DNA of 41,781 bases from the NCBI GenBank assembly GCA_025457815.1, contig JALOTQ010000003.1, positions 1 through 41,781 of the forward strand, read 5' to 3'. The translations under genes were made by a program, and so were the position numbers. The notes under the pieces were generated by a model. That model had not been told where the DNA came from. It made no database searches and worked only from the letters and a program-made list of their open reading frames with translations. Positions 1 through 8,609 of the stretch are shown here, piece by piece. This DNA is from Thermoplasmata archaeon. GTDB lineage: Archaea; Thermoplasmatota; Thermoplasmata; UBA10834. Positions within the stretch are counted from its first letter, which is position 1; the number at the start of each line of letters is the position of its first letter.

Positions 1-19
1 TCGAGCGGCCTTGAGTCGT

Positions 20-910
20 ATGATGACCTACGAGCACAGGATCTTCGGGTGCCCTGTCTGTGGCTACAGGATTTCCCAGAAGGATGCAGCCTGTCCCAGG
101 TGCGGAAACGCGTTCTCGGGTACGACGAAGGTCGAGTGCCCGTTCTGCGGAGACTTGGTGGAGCAGGGGGCGGGGGCATGCCCTTCGTGCCACGTGGACT
201 ATGCGGAGTTCAGGGCGAGCACTGAGGCGAGGGGCGGCGACGACAGCATCGACGCGCTCCTCAACGAGATCATCAAGCTCGAAGCCTCGTCCGTCAAGGT
301 CGAGGGAAAGATTGTAAGCTGCCCCAAATGCAACTGGCTCCTGAAGGGCGACGAGACCGAATGCCCGAAGTGCGGCATGGAGTTCAGCGAGGACGTCAGC
401 TTCCAGTGCCCCATCTGCGGCTCGCCGGTCGCATCCGACGCCACGAAGTGCAGCGAGTGCGGCGTGGAGTTCGGAGGCGAGGAGGGCGCCGCCGAGACTG
501 AACCGAGCGAGGGGCAAGAGAAGGTCTCGGGAAAGCTGGACGAGATCGCCAGCGCGCTGGGCCTGGGGCCTGTGGAGGAACCAGCGCCTCGGGTGGCACC
601 TCCGCCGAAGGCTTGGAGCGAGCCCGCCCCGCGTGAACCGGAGCCCGAACCGGAACCTGCGCCTGAACCGGCCCCTGAGCCAGTTCCTGAACCCGCGCCT
701 GAGCCTGTCGCCGAGGAACCACAGCCGCGGGCCGAGCCTGAGCCGGTGGCTGAGGAACCTGCGCCGGAGCCTGCGACTGAGGTTTTCGACGAGAGCTCCT
801 TCCAGGAGCTTGAGAGCGCCCTGAAGGAAGTGGAGCAGGCTACTCCGAAGAAGAAGTCGAAGCAGAGGAAGCTGAAGGCCAAATCCCCGGGCGCAAAGAA
901 GCCGAAGTGA
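20..910 (+). CDS. Multi-zinc-ribbon protein (four CxxC...CxxC ribbons) with Pro/Glu-rich linker and Lys-rich tail
   Basis: CPVC/CPRC, CPFC/CPSC, CPKC/CPKC and CPIC/CSEC pairs; PEPA-type repeats; KKKSKQRKLK tail. ATG at 20 preferred over TTG at 11. Confidence 0.75.
   Translation: MMTYEHRIFGCPVCGYRISQKDAACPRCGNAFSGTTKVECPFCGDLVEQGAGACPSCHVDYAEFRASTEARGGDDSIDALLNEIIKLEASSVKVEGKIVSCPKCNWLLKGDETECPKCGMEFSEDVSFQCPICGSPVASDATKCSECGVEFGGEEGAAETEPSEGQEKVSGKLDEIASALGLGPVEEPAPRVAPPPKAWSEPAPREPEPEPEPAPEPAPEPVPEPAPEPVAEEPQPRAEPEPVAEEPAPEPATEVFDESSFQELESALKEVEQATPKKKSKQRKLKAKSPGAKKPK
634..775 (+). repeat. Degenerate 6/12-nt coding tandem repeat (EP / PEPA)
   Basis: gaaccggagcccgaaccggaacctgcgcctgaaccggcccctgagcca... 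encodes EPEPEPEPAPEPAPEPVPEPAPEP. Confidence 0.7.
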
Positions 911-963
911 GGGCTCAGACCGAGAAGGTTATTTCTTCAGCCGCGCTTCGAGTCATCGATCTG

Positions 964-1692
964 ATGATATTCATAGACGCCAGGGAAGGAGCTTCCGGAG
1001 ACATGCTACTCGCGGCCATGCTCGGGCTGCTGGACAGTCCCGACAAGGCTCTGGTCGTCAAGCTGCTCGATGCGGCGGCGTCCAGGCACGGGCTTGGGCT
1101 GCGCGTGCTGGACATCGACGAGGACGGCGTCGCAGGGAAGGCGGTCAACTACGCGGTGGAGCGCCCGGCGAACGAGTCGACATCGAGGGACGAGTGCCTC
1201 CGCATCTTCGCCGAGATCGAGAGAGACCTCGGCTCGGAATCGGATGTCGGCGGCCGCATCCTCGGAGAGATATTCAGGGCGGAGGCTGAGGCGCACGGAA
1301 TTCCGGAGCGCGATGTGCATCTTCACGAGATCGGGAGGCCGCAGGCACTGCTCAACATCGCGGCCATCGGCCTCGTCGCGGGAATGCTCGGGAGAGCGCA
1401 CGCTGGCGAGTTCATGTGCTCGACCATAACCACAGGCATGGGGGTCATCGCCGTCAGCCACGGCGCCATCAGGGTGCCCGCACCCGCGAGCGCCATACTT
1501 CTCAGGGGCATGAAACACCTCAAGGGCGACTCTCCAGGGGAGAGGGCTACCCCCTCGGGGATCGCTGCGCTCAAGGTCCTGTCGAGCTCGCAGGGCGATG
1601 AACTGTCTGGCGAACCGAAACGTACGAGCACGGGCTTCGGCAGCAAGCGGTTCGGGGGCAGGCTCGGCCGGATGACGCTCACCTGGCGCTGA
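964..1692 (+). CDS. larC: LarC/DUF111-family nickel-insertion protein, N-terminal (LarC1) half only
   Basis: IDAREGASGDMLLAAM, AEAEAHG..DVHLHEIG, SHGAIRVPAPA, GERATPSG and GFGSK match LarC motifs. Ends at about 240 aa with no C-terminal LarC2 domain. Confidence 0.75.
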   Translation: MIFIDAREGASGDMLLAAMLGLLDSPDKALVVKLLDAAASRHGLGLRVLDIDEDGVAGKAVNYAVERPANESTSRDECLRIFAEIERDLGSESDVGGRILGEIFRAEAEAHGIPERDVHLHEIGRPQALLNIAAIGLVAGMLGRAHAGEFMCSTITTGMGVIAVSHGAIRVPAPASAILLRGMKHLKGDSPGERATPSGIAALKVLSSSQGDELSGEPKRTSTGFGSKRFGGRLGRMTLTWR

Positions 1693-1755
1693 GAGACCGG
1701 ATTGCCTCAGACCTTACTCGGAAGGCACAATGATTATCAATGCTACGAGCCTTCC

Positions 1756-1768
1756 ATAACATCGTTAA
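1756..1768. promoter_or_regulatory. Palindromic operator candidate ATAAC-atc-GTTAA overlapping the tusA promoter
   Basis: TAAC-N3-GTTA palindrome abutting a TTAAATA TATA-like element; the same core occurs upstream of the DoxX gene (38887-38901). Confidence 0.4.
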
Positions 1769-1814
1769 ATATCAATACGGTCGTCTGCTGGGACGGCTCT
1801 GGGAGAGATTTAAC

Positions 1815-2069
1815 TTGGAAGAAAGTGGCGACCCTATCCCCCAACCCGCCAAGACCCTAGACTGCATCGGCTTGTACTGTCCAGAGCCGGTGTTCAGAAC
1901 CCGTGAGGAGATTTCCTCGATTCCCCTTGGACAGGTCCTAGAGGTCCTGGCAGACGACCCAGCTTCTGAATCCGATATCAGGAGCTGGGCGAAGCACGCC
2001 GGTCAGAAGCTGCTGTCGATCGAGAGGGTGAAAGGCGGTTTCCGGTTTCTGATCAAGCGTGAGACATAG
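1815..2069 (+). CDS. tusA: TusA/SirA-family sulfur carrier protein
   Basis: LDCIGLYCPEP motif, LEVLADDPAS, FRFLIKR. TTG start after GGAGAG is inferred. Confidence 0.88.
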   Translation: MEESGDPIPQPAKTLDCIGLYCPEPVFRTREEISSIPLGQVLEVLADDPASESDIRSWAKHAGQKLLSIERVKGGFRFLIKRET

Positions 2070-2082
2070 GAGGGAGAGACTC

Positions 2083-2451
2083 ATGGCGAAGAAGATACTG
2101 TATGTTCAGACCTCGGGCACGGACACGCCCGAGAGGCTGTACGCGCCGTTCATACTGGCGACGACCGCGAGGGCGATGGGTGTCGAGGCGACCGTGTACT
2201 TCCTGGGCAAGGGCGTGACGGCCGTCATGAAGGGGAACGCAGAGAAGGTCAAGCTCGGGTCGTTCCCGACGGTGAAGGAGGTCATGGACCAGGCGGCCAA
2301 GGAAGGCGTCCGGATGCTCATCTGCGGCCAGAGCTGCCAGATGCTGGGCCTCAAGGGCGACCCCGAGGAGTTCGAGGACCCGGCCAAGGTGGTCGGCGCG
2401 GCCACGCTGAACGACCTGTTGCTCGAGTCGGACGCGGTGCTAAGCTTTTAG
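2083..2451 (+). CDS. DsrE/DsrF-like sulfur relay protein
   Basis: PERLYAPFILATTARAMGVEATVYFLGKGV, ICGQSC, VVGAATL; RBS GGAGG. Confidence 0.82.
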   Translation: MAKKILYVQTSGTDTPERLYAPFILATTARAMGVEATVYFLGKGVTAVMKGNAEKVKLGSFPTVKEVMDQAAKEGVRMLICGQSCQMLGLKGDPEEFEDPAKVVGAATLNDLLLESDAVLSF

Positions 2452-2489
2452 GCCGTCCGAGGGTTACTCTTCCTAAGGAGGAAGACCGA

Positions 2490-3743
2490 ATGTTGTTCCA
2501 GGCGAGCGGAGCCAAGAAGAGAGTGTACATGGACTACGCGGCGGCGTCCCCCGTCGACGAGAGGGTGGTCGCTGCCATGATGCCGTACTTCTCGGACAAG
2601 TTCGGCAACCCGTCCTCGCTGCACAACGCCGGCAGGGAACCGAAGAAGGCCATCGAGGACGCAAGGGCCAAGGTGGCGGCGCTGTTCAACGCCAAGAGGA
2701 AAGAGGAGATAGTCTTCACCTCCGGTGGGACCGAGGCCAGCAACATCGGGATCAAGGGGGTCGCGATGAGGCTCAGGCCCGAAGGGAACCACATAGTCAC
2801 TTCCGCCATCGAGCACATCTCCGTGCTCAACATCATGAAGTCGCTCGAGAAGGGCGGGTTCGAAGTGTCCTACATCCCCCCGACGAACGACGGGTTCGTC
2901 GACGTCTCCAAGCTGCAGCAGGCCCTGAGGAAGGACACCATCCTGGTGTCCATCATGCATGCCAACAACGAGATCGGCACGCTCCAGCCCATCGACGAGA
3001 TAGGCGCGCTGCTTGAGGAGCGGGACATCACGTTCCACGTGGACGCGGTCGCGTCCGCCGGTAAGGTCCCGACAGACGTCCAGAGGTCCAAGGCGGACCT
3101 CATGTCCGTATCCTCGAACGACATGTACGGCCCCAAAGGGGCCGGGGCGCTCTATGTCCGCGACGGCACCCGCATCGAGGCAATCTACCAGGGAGGTGGC
3201 CAGGAGCGCGGGCTAAGGTCGGGCTCCGAGAATGTCCCTGCCATAGTGGGCTTCGGGGCCGCCGCTGAAATCGCGAGGAACGAGATGGACTCCGAGGGCA
3301 GGAGGCTCGCCGCGCTCAGGGACAGGCTGGTCAAGGGAATCACGGAGAAGATCGAGGACTCGTTCCTCAACGGCCATCCGACGAGGCGCCTCCCGAACAA
3401 CGCGAACTTCAGGTTCAGATACGTCGAGGGGGAGTCGATGCTCCTCAACCTCGACATGATGGGCGTCTCGGTATCCTCGAGCTCGCCTTGCACCTCAAAG
3501 AGCCTTCTGCCGTCGCACGTGCTGCTCGCGTGCGAGATACCAACGGAGGAGGCCCAGAGCGCGGTCCAGTTCACCCTGGGCAGGTCGAACAACGAGGAGG
3601 AGATCGACTACGTCGTCGGGATCCTCCCGGGCATAATCAAGAAGCTGAGGGCGATGTCGCCGTTCAGCCCCGAGAACCTGGCAGAGATGCGCTCGACCGC
3701 GGGGCACAGGGAAGAGGAAGACCACCATCACATAGAGGAGTGA
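2490..3743 (+). CDS. iscS: IscS/NifS-type cysteine desulfurase homologue with SSND instead of SxHK (PLP lysine absent)
   Basis: YMDYAA, FGNPSSLH, FTSGGTEASN, MHANNEIGT, HVDAVA, YGPKG, GLRSGSEN and the SSSPCTS catalytic-Cys loop; codons aac gac (N-D) at 3117-3122. Confidence 0.9.
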   Translation: MLFQASGAKKRVYMDYAAASPVDERVVAAMMPYFSDKFGNPSSLHNAGREPKKAIEDARAKVAALFNAKRKEEIVFTSGGTEASNIGIKGVAMRLRPEGNHIVTSAIEHISVLNIMKSLEKGGFEVSYIPPTNDGFVDVSKLQQALRKDTILVSIMHANNEIGTLQPIDEIGALLEERDITFHVDAVASAGKVPTDVQRSKADLMSVSSNDMYGPKGAGALYVRDGTRIEAIYQGGGQERGLRSGSENVPAIVGFGAAAEIARNEMDSEGRRLAALRDRLVKGITEKIEDSFLNGHPTRRLPNNANFRFRYVEGESMLLNLDMMGVSVSSSSPCTSKSLLPSHVLLACEIPTEEAQSAVQFTLGRSNNEEEIDYVVGILPGIIKKLRAMSPFSPENLAEMRSTAGHREEEDHHHIEE

Positions 3744-3846
3744 ATCTCTCACAGGCGCGCGCGTGACGGGCGGTTCTGCAGGGTCCGCGCGAATCGCAGG
3801 CTGTGTATATAGTTTGCTGAGCAATGACGTATGCCAGCGAAAAATA

Positions 3847-3866
3847 CGCAAAAAGTTATATATATA
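3847..3866 (+). promoter_or_regulatory. Strong BRE-TATA promoter of the surface protein gene
   Basis: CGCAAAAAG followed by TTATATATATA, about 35 nt upstream of ATG 3900. Confidence 0.7.
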
Positions 3867-3899
3867 CTACCCCGTTCTTGTTTCCGGATGGGATAGCCT

Positions 3900-6305
3900 A
3901 TGAAAAATAGGATTCTAAGTATAGCGCTGGCGCTAAGCCTGCTCGCTGTGGTATATGCCGCGGTCCCTACGCATGCGGACGTGTACTATACGGGCAGTGT
4001 AGAAACGACAGACGATACGGGAGCCGCGAAGGATACCTATGTTCAGGGGCAGCTTGTCTATGTCTCGGCGATGGTCGAGTACATGGGAGCGCTCTCTGAC
4101 CAGGATATTCGCGTTAGGCTCGAGACCCTAGGCGGTGCATCTGTAAGTCAGTTCACCGCGGTGGCCAACTTGCCCGATATCGGCTGGTACAACAGCACTG
4201 AGGTCGGGGGCATTGCCCTCGGGACCGGCGGTGCGCCGATAACCGGTGACAGGGGCTCGTTCTACGTGGTCCTCTACGAGAGATGGAGCATGACCGAGAT
4301 CGCGAGGGCCTCGATAACGATCCTGAAGGTCGGATTGACGCTCGAACCCCCGGCGGGGATAATGGGCGCCTACTACCCGGGACAGACGCTGACGGCGAAG
4401 CTCGTGACGATGTACACGACTGACATGTTCTATGTCCACGTGACGAACGACACGGGCGCGGACGTCGCGGGCCTTAACTGGACCGCGCAGATCGCACCGG
4501 ACGGCTACTGGGAGAAGACCTTCGCAATAAGTGACTCAATGCCTGACGGAGAGTACATGATGAAGGTCAGGGACTCGACGACGCACGCCTTGAGATACTA
4601 TCTCTACTTCGACGTGCAGATGTACTACTTCGAGGTCAGCGCGGACAGGAGCTACTACCTGCCCGAGATGACCGCGGTGATTGACATCATGACCATCGAC
4701 CTCGCCTCGTTCGAGGTCGCTGAGTCGGTCACGGTAAGGTACTGGGCGCACTGGTACAACTACTCCGCCGACGGCACGGCAGTCTTCGAGAGCTGGGAGA
4801 ACGGCACTCTGGACTCCGCCTTCGGATACATGGAGTGGACGATACCGGCTGACGTGGTCCTGTACGATGACATCGAGATAATGTTCTGGGCCAACGAATC
4901 GGACATAAGGAGTGCCGAGGACTGGGTCTGGCTCTACATGGGCGTGCTCGACGCTGACATATACGTCGACGGCACCTGGTACATGCCAGGCGAGACCGTC
5001 GTCGTGGATGTCTGGGCGGGCGTATACTGGGACTCGCTTGAGGGCGCCGATGTGGACATCACGGTGTTCTACAACGGGACCGCGGTTGACGCCTATGGCG
5101 CCGCTGACCTCGCGACGGACTCTGACGGATGGGTGACCCACACGTTCGCGCTGCTAAGCTCCGCGGGCATGGGCACGTACATCGTGAGGGCCGAAGTGAG
5201 CGAGGCTGGCCAGACGGTTGTCCGGGACGACGTCTTCGAAGTCGAATGGGACGGCTGGATCGGCCTGACCTTCGACAAGGAGTGGTACTACGGCGGAGAC
5301 ACCGCGGTGGTGACGATCGATGCGGTCTGGAACGGAGCTCCTGCCGACCTTGGCGAGTTCGCGTTCTACTTCTCGACTGACGCCGGCATCCAGGTCTGGG
5401 GCAACGGAACGGGCGACTCGGTCAGCTACGACATACCTGACGAGTACTACGGTGGCCTGTCGGTCGGAGTGATCGCGACCCTCAACGGCTACACGATGCA
5501 GGGCTGGAACTGGGCGGATGTCCGGTTCGCGGACGTGCTGCTGAGCACGAACACCCAGAACTACAGGCCCGGCGATGTGGTCGTCTGGAACTGGCAGATC
5601 CTGGGCGGCGCTGAGGTCGCGCACATGGAGTACGTCATCTGGGACAGCGACGGCGTGAAGGTCGCCGGGGAGGAGCTGACATTCGCTCCGACTGGATCCT
5701 TCGAGTACGCCGTGCCGGCACTGAACCCGTCTAACGAGTACGGTGCCTGGATATGGATGACCTCCACTGCTGGCGGATACGCCGACTACGAGGTATGGGT
5801 GGATCTCGTCGCGATGTACGAGCTCATGATATGGCCATCGGACTCCGGATACACGTCCGGGGACTATGCGCCTGGTGACGCGGTGACTGTGCACTACTCC
5901 ATAGGTGCGTATGTGTACGACCACCTGCCTGTCTACGAGCTGTACATCTGGACGAGCTACAACCCGCTCGGCATGAGGCTGCTGGTCTCTGACCCGGAGG
6001 GAACGTTCGAGGTCGAGGTGCCTGAGGACGCGCCGACTGCGCAGTTCAGCATCAGCGCAGACCTGTACGACCCGGTCAACGACGACTGGCTGTCGTGGGA
6101 CAGCACCGCCGTGACGGTCAACAACGAGCTCAGCGGCTGGGACAAGAGCGTCGGAGGCATGAGCGCGATCGACTTCACGATGCTGATCTTGATCGTGATC
6201 ATGATCGTGCTGCTCATCGTGGTGCCCTTCATGAAGGGCAGGATGGGCGCGCCGAAGAGCTCCGAGCCGAAGAGCGAGCCGCCACAGCAGGCTCCCCCAC
6301 CGTAG
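3900..6305 (+). CDS. Secreted, C-terminally membrane-anchored acidic glycoprotein with repeated MG2/Ig-like domains (candidate S-layer/major surface protein)
   Basis: Signal peptide MKNRILSIALALSLLAVVYAAVPTHA; seven YxPGxxV-type motifs about 100 aa apart; 8 N-x-S/T sequons; TM helix followed by a Pro-rich tail. Confidence 0.75.
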   Translation: MKNRILSIALALSLLAVVYAAVPTHADVYYTGSVETTDDTGAAKDTYVQGQLVYVSAMVEYMGALSDQDIRVRLETLGGASVSQFTAVANLPDIGWYNSTEVGGIALGTGGAPITGDRGSFYVVLYERWSMTEIARASITILKVGLTLEPPAGIMGAYYPGQTLTAKLVTMYTTDMFYVHVTNDTGADVAGLNWTAQIAPDGYWEKTFAISDSMPDGEYMMKVRDSTTHALRYYLYFDVQMYYFEVSADRSYYLPEMTAVIDIMTIDLASFEVAESVTVRYWAHWYNYSADGTAVFESWENGTLDSAFGYMEWTIPADVVLYDDIEIMFWANESDIRSAEDWVWLYMGVLDADIYVDGTWYMPGETVVVDVWAGVYWDSLEGADVDITVFYNGTAVDAYGAADLATDSDGWVTHTFALLSSAGMGTYIVRAEVSEAGQTVVRDDVFEVEWDGWIGLTFDKEWYYGGDTAVVTIDAVWNGAPADLGEFAFYFSTDAGIQVWGNGTGDSVSYDIPDEYYGGLSVGVIATLNGYTMQGWNWADVRFADVLLSTNTQNYRPGDVVVWNWQILGGAEVAHMEYVIWDSDGVKVAGEELTFAPTGSFEYAVPALNPSNEYGAWIWMTSTAGGYADYEVWVDLVAMYELMIWPSDSGYTSGDYAPGDAVTVHYSIGAYVYDHLPVYELYIWTSYNPLGMRLLVSDPEGTFEVEVPEDAPTAQFSISADLYDPVNDDWLSWDSTAVTVNNELSGWDKSVGGMSAIDFTMLILIVIMIVLLIVVPFMKGRMGAPKSSEPKSEPPQQAPPP

Positions 6306-6309
6306 GAAC

Positions 6310-6369
6310 GTAGGGCCTACCAGGGAAGCACAAACCCTTTTCCCCAATCTCTTTCCTTTTCATTGTTTT
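6310..6369 (+). terminator. Pyrimidine/T-rich terminator with AAACCCTTTTCC motif
   Basis: gtagggcctac mini-hairpin, then aaacccttttccccaatctctttccttttcattgtttt. Confidence 0.6.
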
Positions 6370-6416
6370 GAGCCCCACTGCAAAGTCTTATACGGATTCC
6401 GTGGCATCGGCCTCCG

Positions 6417-7721
6417 ATGGCCCAGGAGAAGGTCGCCGTCGTAGGCCTCGGATATGTCGGCATACCGCTCGCAGCTCTCCTAGCGAGCAAGGGCTACGAA
6501 GTGATGGGCGTCGACGTCTCCGAGGAAAGGGCTAGTAGCGTCGGTGAGGGTAGGCTCCCTCTGAAGGGGGACGAGCCGGGCCTTACGGAGCTACTCGCCA
6601 AAGGCGTCAGGAAGGGCGCGCTGAAGGCCTCTTCGTCGGCTGGGATGCTCGGAGGCAGGAAGGTCATCTTCGTCTGCGTGGACACGCCCATAGACGCCGA
6701 CCGAAGGCCGGATCATTCGAGCCTGAGGAAGGCCCTGGAGTCCGTCGCCAAGAACATGTCCCGCGGGACGCTCGTCATCGTCGAATCGACATTGGCCCCT
6801 GGGACGATGGTCGGGGTCGTGAGGCCCGCGCTCGAGCGCGGCAGCGGCCTCAAGGCGGGGAAGGACTTCGGGCTGGCGCACTGCCCCGAGAGGGTCATGC
6901 CCGGCAGACTGCTGAAGAACATCACCACTTATGACAGGGTCATCGGCGGGCTCGACCTGCGCTCACAGCAGCGCGCGTGCGCGATATACTCGAAGCTCAC
7001 GAAGGGCAAGCTTCACACGACGGACCTGACGACCGCGGAGATAGTGAAGACGGCCGAGAACGCCTACAGGGACGTGCAGATCGCGTTCGCGAACGAGGTC
7101 GCCCTGATAAGCGAGAAGCTCGGGGCGGATGCGTTCGAGGTCCGGAGGCTCGTGAACACGTGCCCGTTCAGGGACATGCACCTACCAGGCGCGGGCGTCG
7201 GGGGGCACTGCCTACCGAAGGACCCGTGGCTGCTCGCGACTGCCGGAAAGGCCGCGAACCCGAAGCTGATACCGATCGCGAGGGCCGTGAACGACTCGAT
7301 GCCGTTCCATGTGCTGGACCTCGCGGACTCGCTCCTGGGCGCATCTGGACTCAAGGTGGAGGACGCGGTTGTGACCGTCCTTGGGGCCTCGTTCCTACAG
7401 GATTCTGGAGATGCCAGGAACTCGCCGTCGCTGCCCGTGGTGGAGTCGCTGAAGCGCGCCAAGGAGCTGCGGGTGCACGACCCGTTCCTGGGAGATTTCG
7501 CCGGCCTGAAGGTCCAGAAGGACCTCAAGAAGGCGCTCGCGGGCGCCGACCTCGCGATATTCATGGTCTCCCACAAGGAGTACCTCAAGCTGGCCCCCGG
7601 CGCGCTGAAGAAGATGATGAAGACCCCGGCGGTCGTGGACGGACGGAACATTTTCGAGGCCAGGAAGATGGCCAAGGCCGGGATCGACTACAGGGGAGTC
7701 GGAAAGGGCTCACTTCAGTAA
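6417..7721 (+). CDS. UDP-N-acetylhexosamine dehydrogenase (WecC/WbpA family nucleotide-sugar dehydrogenase)
   Basis: GLGYVG, ICVDTP, VESTLAPG, HCPERVMPG, AEIVKTAENAYRDVQIAFANE, GVGGHCLPKDP. Confidence 0.9.
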   Translation: MAQEKVAVVGLGYVGIPLAALLASKGYEVMGVDVSEERASSVGEGRLPLKGDEPGLTELLAKGVRKGALKASSSAGMLGGRKVIFVCVDTPIDADRRPDHSSLRKALESVAKNMSRGTLVIVESTLAPGTMVGVVRPALERGSGLKAGKDFGLAHCPERVMPGRLLKNITTYDRVIGGLDLRSQQRACAIYSKLTKGKLHTTDLTTAEIVKTAENAYRDVQIAFANEVALISEKLGADAFEVRRLVNTCPFRDMHLPGAGVGGHCLPKDPWLLATAGKAANPKLIPIARAVNDSMPFHVLDLADSLLGASGLKVEDAVVTVLGASFLQDSGDARNSPSLPVVESLKRAKELRVHDPFLGDFAGLKVQKDLKKALAGADLAIFMVSHKEYLKLAPGALKKMMKTPAVVDGRNIFEARKMAKAGIDYRGVGKGSLQ

Positions 7722-8609
7722 TTCCGCCAGGCCCTGGTCGAGGTCGATGGTGGGCTTGAACCCCAGCATCTGTTTCGCCTTCGCGCAATTCGCGAGGCTC
7801 TCACGAATGTCCCCCACCCTGGGGGAAGTGAACTCGGGCTTGACCTTGAGCCCTGAGAGCATGATGGCGCTGATCGCAAGGTCCAGGATGCTGGTCGAGT
7901 GGCCGCTGCCGCAGTTGAAGACCTGGCCGTCCAGGCCTTTCTTGTCCAGCATCAGGGAGATCATCTCGACGACATCGAGCGCGTGTATGAAGTCCCTGGT
8001 CTGGAGCCCGTCGCCCTCGATCACCGGCGGCTTGCCGGACTTGAGCCGATTGACGAACTTGGTGATGACTCCCGAATAAGGGCTCGAAGGGTCGGCTCGG
8101 GGCGAGTAGAAGTTGAACGGCCGTACCGAGGTGACCTCCATCGGGCTGTTCCGGGCGAACGCCAGCGCATACTTCTCCCCGGACAGCTTGGCCACGCCGT
8201 AGTTGCTTATCGGCTCGGTCGGATGGGCCTCGTCGATCGGCGTGTACTTGGGCTGGCCGAAGATGGCGGCGCTGCTGACGTACACGAATCTCTCGACCTG
8301 GGCCTCGGAGCTGAGCTGGAGCATGTTGACGGTGCCGAGGATGTTCACGTTGGCGTCGAAGACCGGGTCCTTCGTCGACTTCTCGACGCTCACCTGGGCG
8401 GCGCAGTGGACCACCCACCGGACACCTCTGAGGGCGTTCGACACGTCCGCGCGGCTCGTGATGTCGCCGACAACGCAGGATTTCTTGAGCGGCTCGAACG
8501 GCTGCGGCCTCGTGTCGAGGCCGACGACCTCGTGGTCCCTCGATAGGCGCTCGCAGACGTACGACCCGAGCTGTCCAGAGCTGCCGGTGACCAGGATCTT
8601 CGTCTTCAC
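7710..8609 (-). CDS. NAD-dependent nucleotide-sugar epimerase/dehydratase (GalE-like extended SDR)
   Basis: ILVTGSSGQLG, HCAAQVSVEKS, SSAAIFG, YGVAK, GDGLQTRDFIH. GTG start overlaps the upstream TGA (GTGA). Confidence 0.88.
   Translation of the reverse strand: MKTKILVTGSSGQLGSYVCERLSRDHEVVGLDTRPQPFEPLKKSCVVGDITSRADVSNALRGVRWVVHCAAQVSVEKSTKDPVFDANVNILGTVNMLQLSSEAQVERFVYVSSAAIFGQPKYTPIDEAHPTEPISNYGVAKLSGEKYALAFARNSPMEVTSVRPFNFYSPRADPSSPYSGVITKFVNRLKSGKPPVIEGDGLQTRDFIHALDVVEMISLMLDKKGLDGQVFNCGSGHSTSILDLAISAIMLSGLKVKPEFTSPRVGDIRESLANCAKAKQMLGFKPTIDLDQGLAELLK

Noticed and set aside
634-775. CRISPR-like or non-coding repeat
   Set aside because: The repeats are degenerate at third codon positions and encode a Pro-Glu linker; there are no spacers.
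5154-6347. Long antisense ORFs here and elsewhere (e.g. 10115-11377, 17391-18314)
   Set aside because: These are the expected shadows of GC-rich codon bias, with no motifs, RBS or promoter.
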